Assembly (NCBI GenBank): GCA_965659735.1
Contig: CBFHXH010000008.1
Span: forward strand, 74-64,073
Length of the DNA stretch: 64,000 nucleotides
Direction: 5' to 3'
Source: an uncultured Pikeienuella sp.
GTDB lineage: Bacteria; Pseudomonadota; Alphaproteobacteria; Rhodobacterales; Rhodobacteraceae
Part shown: positions 29,709 through 38,819 of the stretch, piece by piece
How the letters are laid out: every line of letters begins with the position of its first letter
How positions within the stretch are numbered: the first letter of the stretch is position 1
Notes under the pieces: model-generated
What the model saw: the letters and a program-made list of their open reading frames with translations, nothing else
Database searches by the model: none
Told to the model about the DNA's origin: nothing
Made by a program: the position numbers and the translations under genes

Positions 29709-30086
29709 CTAGTCCTGACCTATCGTTGGCGCCCAGACGCCTTCCAGATGCGCCGCCTCGTGATCACCCGGCCAGGGCGGCATTGAAATGCAGATGAACT
29801 TCAGCGGCGCATCACCCAAATTGCGGTACTGAAAGGCGGTTCCGACGGGAATGTCGATGGATACGCCGGGCGCCAGCCGCGTGATCCGTTCTTCCTGGTT
29901 GTCGCGCCGCCAAATCTCACCTTCGCCTTCCAGCACATGCCAGAACTCGCTGAACGTTGCGTGGATGGTGGCCCGGTTAATCTGGCCCGGCGGCACGGTG
30001 CTGTGGATCATGTTGCCGGTTGCCCCGTCCATGATGAACCGAATATCCGCGCCCGCTGGCGACTTGGCGTCCGGGTATTGCGGCAC
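29709..30086 (-). CDS. Cupin-domain protein
   Basis: EFWHVLEGEGEIW and DIPVGTAFQYRN cupin motifs. Confidence 0.85.
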   Translation of the reverse strand: MPQYPDAKSPAGADIRFIMDGATGNMIHSTVPPGQINRATIHATFSEFWHVLEGEGEIWRRDNQEERITRLAPGVSIDIPVGTAFQYRNLGDAPLKFICISMPPWPGDHEAAHLEGVWAPTIGQD

Positions 30087-30126
30087 TGATGTCCCTTTAA
30101 TGTCGGTCCTTGCAGGTCGCGTGGGC

Positions 30127-31644
30127 CTAAGGGTCCAGCGTATTCAGTTCCCGTCGCATGATCTTGCCAGTGCTGGTCTTTGGCACATCGTCCACGAACC
30201 GAACAGCGCGGGGGCATTTATAAGCGGCCAGGGTTTCGCGGCAGTGGGCGATCATCTCCGCCTCGGTCGCCTCGACGCCGGTTTTCAACACAACATAGGC
30301 CTTAGCAATTTCACCCTTCATTTCGTCAGGCAGCTTGCCAACCGCCGCCAGCGCAACGGCGGGATGTGCGGCGAGAACACGTTCGATCTCGGCGGGATAG
30401 ACATTGTATCCACCGGTCAGGATCATGTCCTTCTTGCGATCGACGATGCAGACACAGCCGTCTTCGTCCATCGTGCCCAGATCACCTGTATGAAGCCATC
30501 CATCGGGTTCCAACGTCTCACGCGTTTTCGCCTCGTCGCCGTAATAGCCCATCATCACGATTGGACCGCGCACCATCAATTCGCCCACCTCACCGCGTGG
30601 CATCGTCTGGTTGGTGTCGTCGACGTGCGCAATCTTCAGCTCACAATACGGCAGCGCACAGCCAATGGAGCCATGCTTGTTCGACCCATACAGTGGATGG
30701 GTTGAGCCCAGACCGGCGATCTCGGTCATCCCCCACAATTCGATCAGTGGGACTTGGAACGCAGCCTCCACCGCCTCCATGGTCGCCACCGGCATGGTCT
30801 GGCCACCGACATAGCAGCGGCGCAGGCTGGAAAGATCAGTCGTTTCAACCTCTGGCGCATTCAGCATGAACATGTACATGGCTGGCACGCCATCAAAGAT
30901 CGTCGCCTTGTGCGCCGCAATGTCGGCAAAGGCGGCGGCGGGATCGAATGTGCGGTGCAAAACCAGTTTGGTCCCATACAGCATCATGCCCATCATGATC
31001 ACATTGGCGTAGACATGCGGGCAAGGCAGCGCGCTGACCACGCAATCGTCCGCCCCGCGCATCTGCATCTGGCTGGTCATTGCGCCATTAACAATCACCG
31101 CCTTGTGCGACTGCATCGCGCCCTTGGGCCTGCCGGTGGTGCCTGATGTGTAGCCAATGGTCGACAGGGCGGTGGGCGCAACATCCACCATCGGCGGGGG
31201 CGGGATTTTGGCCGCAAGCATGGCGTTGAATGAAACGGCGCCTTCTGGCGCATCGCCGAGTGAGATGATGGATTTCACGTCAGAGATATCCTTGACGCCC
31301 ATGATCGCCGCAACCTTGTCAGATGAAGCGATGATCGCCGTCGCGCCGCAATCCTTGACGACATATTCAATCTCGTCAGGCGTCAGCATCGTGTTGACTG
31401 GATTAATGACGGCGCCCAGCCGGGCAATGGCGTAGTAGCTAACGATCCATTCCCAGGAATTCGCGGCGTAGAGCGTAACAATGTCGCCGGGTTTGACCGC
31501 CAGATCGTGCAGCCCGCCAGCGGCGTCTTCGATCAGGCTGTTCAGATCGCTGAAAGTGAAGGAACGGCCTTCGAACACCAGCGCTTCTTTGTCCGAAAAC
31601 TTCGTTGCGGCGGCGGCTGCAATCTGGCCGATGTGATCGAACAT
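30127..31644 (-). CDS. AMP-dependent acyl/aryl-CoA synthetase
   Basis: YTSGTTGRPKG, WGMTE, LHTGD, DRKKDM, PKTSTGK motifs; start ATG 31644 with GGAGGAA. Confidence 0.93.
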   Translation of the reverse strand: MFDHIGQIAAAAATKFSDKEALVFEGRSFTFSDLNSLIEDAAGGLHDLAVKPGDIVTLYAANSWEWIVSYYAIARLGAVINPVNTMLTPDEIEYVVKDCGATAIIASSDKVAAIMGVKDISDVKSIISLGDAPEGAVSFNAMLAAKIPPPPMVDVAPTALSTIGYTSGTTGRPKGAMQSHKAVIVNGAMTSQMQMRGADDCVVSALPCPHVYANVIMMGMMLYGTKLVLHRTFDPAAAFADIAAHKATIFDGVPAMYMFMLNAPEVETTDLSSLRRCYVGGQTMPVATMEAVEAAFQVPLIELWGMTEIAGLGSTHPLYGSNKHGSIGCALPYCELKIAHVDDTNQTMPRGEVGELMVRGPIVMMGYYGDEAKTRETLEPDGWLHTGDLGTMDEDGCVCIVDRKKDMILTGGYNVYPAEIERVLAAHPAVALAAVGKLPDEMKGEIAKAYVVLKTGVEATEAEMIAHCRETLAAYKCPRAVRFVDDVPKTSTGKIMRRELNTLDP

Positions 31645-32035
31645 GATCGTCTTCCTCCCCTTTCGGTTGGTGGCATCTAAAACCTTCGGTGGCAGCGTGT
31701 TGATTTGGCGGGGCAGAGTCAATTACACCATCGCGCGACGTGGGGGAGGACGTTTCACGACAGATCATTTCGTATCAAGGATCAAACAGATAAAAGAGGT
31801 TAACAAATAATTAAAACATATTATTTTCATAGTGTTATGTTTGATTTCATGCGTGAAGCCATGCAGGTTTCACATCTTGCCAGCCAGTACAATCGCCAGC
31901 ATCTCTCGCTCGCCGAATTGGGTGGCCAGGATCCGAATGATGCGGGCGTTCAGCGAACCGGTTGCTTCAAAAACTGCGCAGATCAAAGCCAATTTCGCGC
32001 CAGGTGGCGTCGGGCGATTATCTGGGCGACGCGCC

Positions 32036-32974
32036 CTATTCGTCCATCCAAATCCGGGCCTGCACGCGCAGATCTGTTAGAAACCGGTCATTTCGCTCCG
32101 TTGCGCCAGGTTCCGCTGCGCGGGCGATGTTCCATCCGACATAGGTCGCGGCGCGTAGGGCAATAAATAGGTTCAGCTCAGCCAAATCCAGCGGCCTGAC
32201 GGCCTGATATCCTTCGATCAGCGCATCGTGCAGGGCAGGGTAATCCGCTGCCGTTCGAAGTTTTAGCAGCGCTGTCGCGATGTCGAACAGGCGAAATCCG
32301 TACCCGCCATCGTCATAGTCGATCAGACGCAGCGTATCGCCGTCGACCAACACATTGGCTGGCACCAAATCAGCATGGATCAAACCGTAATCCAAGGTGG
32401 GGCGGATATCGGCCAGACGATCCAGGGCTTGTCGTCGAAAGGCGCAGAACAGGGCCGTGTCTTCAGCCCCGCAGGCAGGACATTCCCAGAACCTGTTCCA
32501 TAGCGGTGCCTCGCCCAGCAGGCCATCGCGATCCCATTTGGCGCGGACAAAGCCATTCGGCGGCGTCCACGTGTCGGAAATGATGTGCAGCCGCGCCATA
32601 TCATGGCCAAGCTGGCGGAACAGACATCGCCGCGCGGTACGGTCTGAAGCCGCAAGAACATCAAATAGAACATCACCATCCAGCCAGGTCAGCATGTCGA
32701 CCTGTCGGTCGCCAATATGGCGCAGAAGATCGCCCTGCGATGTCGGGATCGGCGCAGGCGTGGACAGCCCTTCGGCGGCGACTGCGGCCATCCAGTCAAG
32801 TTCTGACCGCAGTTCAGCGTCGGTGCGGTATCCGAGACGGTGCAGCCGCAAGGCCGCGCGCCGCGTGCCCATGACAACCTCGTAAACGGCGTTTTCCCGC
32901 GCAGCGACCAGACGATGCGCGGCATCCTCCATATCCCAAAGCGCCAGCGCCTGTTTGACGATCTGATCGGTCAT
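32036..32974 (-). CDS. Aminoglycoside/hydroxylysine-type phosphotransferase (homoserine kinase type II family)
   Basis: RENAVY, LRLHR, IHADLVPANV (Brenner motif), IDYDD motifs. Confidence 0.88.
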   Translation of the reverse strand: MTDQIVKQALALWDMEDAAHRLVAARENAVYEVVMGTRRAALRLHRLGYRTDAELRSELDWMAAVAAEGLSTPAPIPTSQGDLLRHIGDRQVDMLTWLDGDVLFDVLAASDRTARRCLFRQLGHDMARLHIISDTWTPPNGFVRAKWDRDGLLGEAPLWNRFWECPACGAEDTALFCAFRRQALDRLADIRPTLDYGLIHADLVPANVLVDGDTLRLIDYDDGGYGFRLFDIATALLKLRTAADYPALHDALIEGYQAVRPLDLAELNLFIALRAATYVGWNIARAAEPGATERNDRFLTDLRVQARIWMDE

Positions 32975-34260
32975 CCCGCAGCGGTGAGGTCGGACAGCAC
33001 TGCGTCAAGCGTATCGAACAGGAGATCGGCGTTTTCGGTTGAGAACGGCATCGGTGGGCGGATCTTCAGCGTGTTTTTGTGACGGCCCAACTTGGACAGG
33101 ATGACGTTGCGCTGGCGCATTTCGTTGATTACCCGGTCAGTCAGGTCGCTGGCGGGTGTCTTTGCGACGGGGTCGCTGACCAGTTCAGCGCCAAAGATCA
33201 GGCCAGACCCGCGAACATCGCCAATCACCTCATGGCGATCCTTCAGCGCAGTCAGACGCTGGCGCGCGTAGTCGCCGGTGACGCAGGCGTTTTCGATTAG
33301 GTCAGCCTCGTCCAGTTCGTCCAAGACTGCCATTGCAGCGGCGCAGGACACCGGGTTGCCGCCAAATGTATTGAAGTACCGATACCCCTGACGAAAAACA
33401 CCCATGATATCAGCGCTGGTCACCACGCCCCCGACCGGGTGACCATTGGCCATCGGCTTGCCAAGGGTCATGATGTCGGGAACGACGCCCATCTTTTCAT
33501 GCGCCCAGAAATGCATGCCAGTGCGGCCAAAGCCGGATTGCACCTCGTCACAGATCAAAAGACCGCCCGCAGCGCGCACGATTTCCGCCGTGGGTTTCAA
33601 CCAGCCGTCCGGATGATCCGGAAAGCCTTCGTTCAGGAAGTACGGGCAGACCAACAAAGCTGCGAAACCTGTGCCATCTGCATTCAGCACCTCGATCTGG
33701 CGGGCGACGGATGCAGCAAAAAGCTGACCGTCGGGATCGGGGTTGCGATAACTGTCAGGCGCTTCGACAAAGCGGAAAAACTGTTCCAACCCAAAACCGA
33801 CGGTTGGCGCGTTCGACTGGCTCAGCTGGCTGACCAGCGAGGTGTTGCCGTGGTATGTCGCGTCCGTTGCTATAACGCCTCGTCTGCCAGTGACGCCTTC
33901 GGCCATACGCAGGGCGATATCGTTCGCCTCGGACCCTGTGCAGGTCAGGACCGCCGTGTTCAGCGAAGGCGCAGTCGTCGCCGTCAGCCGGTCGACATAG
34001 TTGAGAATACCGTCATGCAGGTACCGGGTGTGAGTATTCAGGGCGCCAGCCTGACTGCGGATCGCTTCGACGACGCGGGGATTGCAATGGCCGACATGCG
34101 GCACGTTATTGTAGCAATCTAGGTATCTGCGTCCGTCCGGGTCGAACAACCAGACCCCGTCACCGCGCACGAAATGCACCGGTTCGTCATAGAAGGTCGA
34201 AACATTCGGGCCGAGCAGCCGCGCCCGGTCCTCCAACATCTCTGCGATTGCGCGCGCCAT
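32971..34260 (-). CDS. Class III PLP enzyme, AGXT2L/phospho-lyase-like
   Basis: YLDCYNNVPHVGH, LNTHTRYLH, TGSEAND, DEVQSGFGRTG, TLGKPMANG (PLP Lys), LKIRPP motifs; overlaps the kinase start by 4 nt. Confidence 0.9.
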   Translation of the reverse strand: MARAIAEMLEDRARLLGPNVSTFYDEPVHFVRGDGVWLFDPDGRRYLDCYNNVPHVGHCNPRVVEAIRSQAGALNTHTRYLHDGILNYVDRLTATTAPSLNTAVLTCTGSEANDIALRMAEGVTGRRGVIATDATYHGNTSLVSQLSQSNAPTVGFGLEQFFRFVEAPDSYRNPDPDGQLFAASVARQIEVLNADGTGFAALLVCPYFLNEGFPDHPDGWLKPTAEIVRAAGGLLICDEVQSGFGRTGMHFWAHEKMGVVPDIMTLGKPMANGHPVGGVVTSADIMGVFRQGYRYFNTFGGNPVSCAAAMAVLDELDEADLIENACVTGDYARQRLTALKDRHEVIGDVRGSGLIFGAELVSDPVAKTPASDLTDRVINEMRQRNVILSKLGRHKNTLKIRPPMPFSTENADLLFDTLDAVLSDLTAAG

Positions 34261-34286
34261 CTAAGCCCCCAAAGTGCAAAAATTCG

Positions 34287-34475
34287 TCACGCCATTTTCG
34301 CAAGATCAAGCGCCGCCGCCAGCGTGTCCCGATCACCGATATGATTGGCCAGGATCAGAACAAGGCGTGCGTTCAGCGAATGGCTGTCCACTTCGTCCAG
34401 TCCTTCGTGCAGCGCGATCAGATCTGCGTAAAAGCCGTCTGGATCGGGAATGTTGGGTGTCGTGATCAGCGCCAT
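34287..34475 (-). CDS. DUF2783 family protein
   Basis: PNIPDPDGFYADLIALHEGL...NARLVLILANHIGD signature. Confidence 0.88.
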   Translation of the reverse strand: MALITTPNIPDPDGFYADLIALHEGLDEVDSHSLNARLVLILANHIGDRDTLAAALDLAKMA

Positions 34476-34477
34476 GA

Positions 34478-36070
34478 TCAGCCCCCCATCGCTGTCGTCA
34501 TGGCGGTGGCAACGTCATCTGTCGTCGCCTCGATCCACCGGGCTGCGACGTGCTGATCGGGGCGCAGCAGATAGATCGCCTGCCCCGCCTCGCCCAGATA
34601 GCGGGTGGCAAGTTCCGGCGCGTTGGTCGTGGTCAGCTCAAGCCCTTCCGCGCCTTCCACAGCGGGCGCTGCGCAGTTGATCGCCAGCACCTGGAACCAG
34701 CCGCCCAGCCGGTCGATCAACCAGCCGCCATCCACCGGCGCATCCTGGACGGGCGACCCGGGGCGAAGCTTGGCTGGCAACGCATCCACGTCCGGGCCAT
34801 TCAGACCGGATCCATCGTAGGTGCAGGGCATCGAGAGCCGCCCCGAATTGACATGGGCGCGGGCGAAGGGCGCCTTTTCAGCCAGGTCCAGAACCGCATC
34901 GCGGAACATTTTGCTGACCTCGGACTTTGGGGTCAGGAAGTCGGTGGCGCGGGATGAATTAAGGATATTCTCATCCGCCCCATGCTTTCTTTCACTGTGA
35001 TACGTGTCCAGCAACCTGTCGCCCGCCTCACCCTTGATTACGGCGGCCAGCTTCCAGCTGAGATTATCGACGTCCTGCATCCCGCCATTACAACCGCGCG
35101 CCCCAAACGGCGACACCTGATGCGCGCTATCCCCGGCAAAGAAAACGCGGCCATGGCGGTATTCATCCATCGAGCAGCACTGGAAGGTGTAGATCGATGT
35201 CCACTCCAGTTCGTACACCACATCCGGTCCAAGCATCGCATCGACGCGGGCGCGGACGTTTTCGTCCTTCAGTTCTTTTTCGCGGTCGATGTCCCAGCCC
35301 AACTGAAAATCGATGCGCCAGACATTGTCCGGCTGCTTGTGCAGCAGCACCGACTGGCCGGGGTTGAAGGGCGGGTCGAACCAGAACCGCCGCTCGGTGG
35401 GAAATTTGTCTGACTCCATGATGACGTCGGCGATCAGGAAGTTGTCCTGAAAGATGCGGCCTTCGAAACCCAGACCCATCATTTCGCGGATCGGCGAACG
35501 GGCACCGTCGCAGGCGATCAGATAGTCCGCCTCCAGCGTATACGGACCGTCGGGGGTGTCGACACTCAGCGTGACGTGGTCGTCATGCGTTTCAATGCTG
35601 TCGACCTTGTTCTTGCCGCGGATTTCGATCGGGGCGCCTTCATCCTGCGCCTCGCGAATGCGCTCCACCACGAACTTTTCGAAATAAGGCTGCTGGAGGT
35701 TGATGAAGGCGGGCCGCTTGTGGCCGTCTTCGGGGAGGAGGTTGAAGTCATAGATCTGACGTTCTTCCCGATAGACCTTGCCAAGGTTCCAGACGACGCC
35801 CTTGTCCACCATCGGGTCCGCGCAGCCAAGCCGGTCGGCGATTTCCAGCGTCCGCTTGGCGAAGCAGATGGCGCGGGATCCGACGCCCACGCCGTCATGG
35901 TCATCCAGCACCACCGCCTCGACACCCTTCAGGCCGAGGTCGAGCGCCATCGCCATACCAATCGGCCCACCACCAACGATCACGACCTGATGGCGCTGCA
36001 CCCGGTCCTGCGCTGCGACCCGTTCATAAGGGTAGAGGCGAAAGGCGGTTTCGTATCGGACATCTACCAT
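34478..36070 (-). CDS. FAD-dependent aromatic monooxygenase (MhpA/PheA family)
   Basis: IVGGGPIG, ACDGARS, FAGDSAH, PFGARG, LLRPDQHVAARW motifs. Confidence 0.9.
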   Translation of the reverse strand: MVDVRYETAFRLYPYERVAAQDRVQRHQVVIVGGGPIGMAMALDLGLKGVEAVVLDDHDGVGVGSRAICFAKRTLEIADRLGCADPMVDKGVVWNLGKVYREERQIYDFNLLPEDGHKRPAFINLQQPYFEKFVVERIREAQDEGAPIEIRGKNKVDSIETHDDHVTLSVDTPDGPYTLEADYLIACDGARSPIREMMGLGFEGRIFQDNFLIADVIMESDKFPTERRFWFDPPFNPGQSVLLHKQPDNVWRIDFQLGWDIDREKELKDENVRARVDAMLGPDVVYELEWTSIYTFQCCSMDEYRHGRVFFAGDSAHQVSPFGARGCNGGMQDVDNLSWKLAAVIKGEAGDRLLDTYHSERKHGADENILNSSRATDFLTPKSEVSKMFRDAVLDLAEKAPFARAHVNSGRLSMPCTYDGSGLNGPDVDALPAKLRPGSPVQDAPVDGGWLIDRLGGWFQVLAINCAAPAVEGAEGLELTTTNAPELATRYLGEAGQAIYLLRPDQHVAARWIEATTDDVATAMTTAMGG

Positions 36071-36082
36071 TGTAGTTTCCCT

Positions 36083-36490
36083 TCATGCTCCGCCATCACG
36101 CCAACCCGGCGCGCCAGCCATCGCAACACTCAATCTCCAATCACCGTCAATCCGGCTGAGAATGTAGAGCGCATCCAGTTCATCGATCGGCGACCCATCG
36201 CGCCTTAGCCGGCGGACGCTTCGCAGATAGGCCGTCGCAGTGTTCTCGTCAGCGAGCTGAACATCGACAGCCTCGATTTCAGTGTGATCGAAGCCTTCTG
36301 TCTCCAACCGCTCAAATCGAGTTTCCAGAGACTCCGGCCTAGCGCTGTTGTCTGCGATGACTGTAGGCCAATCGGGCCCGATTGAGACCGTTGGTTCAGT
36401 AAAAAGCGCGGCCATCCCGGAAAAATCCCGTGCATTCCACATCTGCATATAGCGATGGAACAGCGCTTTGATGTCCGCCTCTTCCGCCAT
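36083..36490 (-). CDS. NTF2/SnoaL-like small protein
   Basis: IKALFHRYMQMWNARDF...GDWRL fold pattern; ATG coupled to the upstream TAA (TAATG). Confidence 0.7.
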   Translation of the reverse strand: MAEEADIKALFHRYMQMWNARDFSGMAALFTEPTVSIGPDWPTVIADNSARPESLETRFERLETEGFDHTEIEAVDVQLADENTATAYLRSVRRLRRDGSPIDELDALYILSRIDGDWRLSVAMAGAPGWRDGGA

Positions 36491-37440
36491 TAGCTTTGCA
36501 ACTGCTCCCACATCTCAATATCGCGCTGATCGGTCCAGATCCGCGGATGGGCGATGCCGCGCGCCTCGTCATAGGCGCGGGCGACATTGAAAGGCAGGCA
36601 ATGCTCGTAGATGGCGTAGTCCTTGAACTTCGCGTCGCAGCTATCGCGGCAGGCGTCCCAGGCGTCTTTCATCGTGCCGCCCTTGGCTGCGACCCGCGCC
36701 ACCGGCGCATAGGTGCTGTCGACGAAATCGCGTGTGCTTTCCAACGCTGCATCGACCATGTCGACGCCGACCAGCGCATCGCCGCGGCCCGGCGCGATAG
36801 CTTTGGGATCGAAGGACTTGATCGCGTCCAACGTTTGGCCCCATTCTCCGAAATACCCGTCGCCGCAATAGCAGGCGGATTTGTATTCAACGATGTCGCC
36901 TGAGAACATCACCTCTTCATCCGGCACCCAGACCAGCGCGTCTCCCGCCGTGTGGGCGCGGCCGACATGCTTGATTTCGACCTTCCGCTTACCGAGGTAG
37001 ACGGTCATGTTCTCCGAGAATGTCGTGGTCGGATAAGTCAGGCCAGGAATTTCTTTGTGGCCCTGAAAGAGGCGGGGAAAGCGCTGAAACTCACTGTCCC
37101 AGTCTTCCTGACCGCGTTCTTCGACCATCCCGCGAGCAGCTTCAGACATGATGATCTGATCCGCGCCATAGGCAGACGCGCCCAGCACGCGGACAGCGTG
37201 ATAGTGGGTCAGCATCAGGTGGCTGATCGGCTTATCGGTGACTTCACGGACCTTTTCTATCACCATGCGTGCGAGGCGGGGGGTCGCCTGCGCCTCAACA
37301 ATCATCACTGAATCGTCGCCAATAATCACGCCAGTGTTCGGATCACCTTCAGCAGTGAACGCCCAGAGGTCTTTGCCGATCTCGGTGAAGGAGATTTTCT
37401 TCTCCTCCATATCCCCTTGGGATGCGAATGCTTTCGCCAT
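36490..37440 (-). CDS. Metallo-beta-lactamase-fold hydrolase (hmgA-cluster type)
   Basis: THYHAVR, AHTAGD, FSGDIVE, PGRG motifs; MAKAFASQGD N-terminus. Confidence 0.9.
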   Translation of the reverse strand: MAKAFASQGDMEEKKISFTEIGKDLWAFTAEGDPNTGVIIGDDSVMIVEAQATPRLARMVIEKVREVTDKPISHLMLTHYHAVRVLGASAYGADQIIMSEAARGMVEERGQEDWDSEFQRFPRLFQGHKEIPGLTYPTTTFSENMTVYLGKRKVEIKHVGRAHTAGDALVWVPDEEVMFSGDIVEYKSACYCGDGYFGEWGQTLDAIKSFDPKAIAPGRGDALVGVDMVDAALESTRDFVDSTYAPVARVAAKGGTMKDAWDACRDSCDAKFKDYAIYEHCLPFNVARAYDEARGIAHPRIWTDQRDIEMWEQLQS

Positions 37441-37467
37441 GTGTTTCTTCCCTTCGTCCCTTGGACC

Positions 37468-38730
37468 TTATCGTTTGTACGGATCGTCCAGTGCAGGCGT
37501 CACCTTGCCGACGCATGACCCAAATCCGATCGTGTAACCGTCACCCATGGCTGCGCCACGCAGCGTCAGCGTGTCGTTGTCTTCGATGAAACTGCGGGTT
37601 TCGCCGCCATCCAGCGTGAACGGCTCTTTCCCACCCCAGCTCATTTCCAGCATGGAGCCATAGCTGGTCTTTTCGGGGCCAGAGATGGTGCCGGATCCCA
37701 GCAGATCACCCGTGTTCATCGCGCAACCCGATGTCGTGTGGTGCGCACATTGCTGCGCGGCGGAATAGTACATCTCGCTATAGTTGGTGCGGCTGACGAT
37801 CGTTTCCGATCCGCCTTCAGGCGTCAGGCCAACCTCAAGCTCGATGCTGTAGAGCATTGGACCCGGCTCTGCGAGGTAGGGGAGCAGCGGCTTTTCCCGA
37901 TCAGGGGTGTCACAGCGAAACGGCTCCAACGCCGCTTTGCTGACAACCCATGGCGAAATCGTGGTCGCCATCGCCTTGGCCTGAAACGGGCCAAGCGGCT
38001 GGTATTCCCAAGGCTGGATATCGCGCGCCGACCAGTCGTTCAGCAGCACATAGCCAAAGATCATTTCGTCAGCTTCCTGCACCGTCACCGGCTGCCCGAG
38101 GGTGGAGGGCGTACCGATGACGGCGCCCATCTCAAGCTCGATATCCATCCTAGCGGACGGCTTGAACACGGGCGCATCCATGTCCGGCCCCTTCACCTGC
38201 CCCCAGGGGCGGCGCACATCCGTGCCGGACACAACAACCGAAGACGCGCGGCCATTATATCCAATGGGAATGTGCAGCCAGTTCGGGGGCAGCGCGTTTT
38301 CCGGACCGCGGAACATGGTGCCCACATTGGTCGCGTGCTGACGGCCCGCGTAGAAATCCGTGTACTCGCTTACAGCAAAGGGCATGTGCATCGCCGCACT
38401 TGGCATGGAAACCTGCGCGCCATCAGGGATCGCCGTGTCTGCGCCCTCCGTGAACAAGGCCTGAAGCTGGCTGCGAATTGCGGCCCAGGCGTCTGCGCCC
38501 TGCTCCATAAAGTCGTTCAGCGCTGGCTGCACAAAGATCGGACGGCCTGCGCCAGCGTCGATCAGACCTGCGCCTTCCAGCACGCTCAGATCAACGACCT
38601 GATCACCCAGCGCGGTACAGCAGCGCGGGGCGTCTTCCCCAACCGAGAAAACACCGAAAGGCAGGTTGTTCAGCGGAAAGGGCGACGCCGGATCGTTGGC
38701 CGCAGCAATTCGTGAGGGGATCAAGGGCAT
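37468..38730 (-). CDS. fahA: Fumarylacetoacetase
   Basis: FPLNNLPFG, YTDFYAGRQHA, PIGYNGRASS, DIELE, NDWSARDIQ, GDLLGSGT motifs; start ATG 38730. Confidence 0.95.
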   Translation of the reverse strand: MPLIPSRIAAANDPASPFPLNNLPFGVFSVGEDAPRCCTALGDQVVDLSVLEGAGLIDAGAGRPIFVQPALNDFMEQGADAWAAIRSQLQALFTEGADTAIPDGAQVSMPSAAMHMPFAVSEYTDFYAGRQHATNVGTMFRGPENALPPNWLHIPIGYNGRASSVVVSGTDVRRPWGQVKGPDMDAPVFKPSARMDIELEMGAVIGTPSTLGQPVTVQEADEMIFGYVLLNDWSARDIQPWEYQPLGPFQAKAMATTISPWVVSKAALEPFRCDTPDREKPLLPYLAEPGPMLYSIELEVGLTPEGGSETIVSRTNYSEMYYSAAQQCAHHTTSGCAMNTGDLLGSGTISGPEKTSYGSMLEMSWGGKEPFTLDGGETRSFIEDNDTLTLRGAAMGDGYTIGFGSCVGKVTPALDDPYKR

Positions 38731-38770
38731 GGTGGTCGCCTTCTGTTCAGTGTCTCTGTGCAAGGATAGC

Positions 38771-38803
38771 GCTGGCGCCACCGGAAATCATGGCGGCGCC
38801 AGC
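38771..38803. other. 12-bp stem-loop between hmgA and fahA
   Basis: GCTGGCGCCACC-N9-GGCGGCGCCAGC; fully paired with one G-U on the minus-strand mRNA. Confidence 0.6.
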
Positions 38804-38819
38804 ACAAATGTCATTGGCC

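Noticed and set aside
31880-32030. IS110 fragment suggested by minus-strand AVFEATG
   Set aside because: Only one short motif; no upstream GID/DxK motif or other transposase features.
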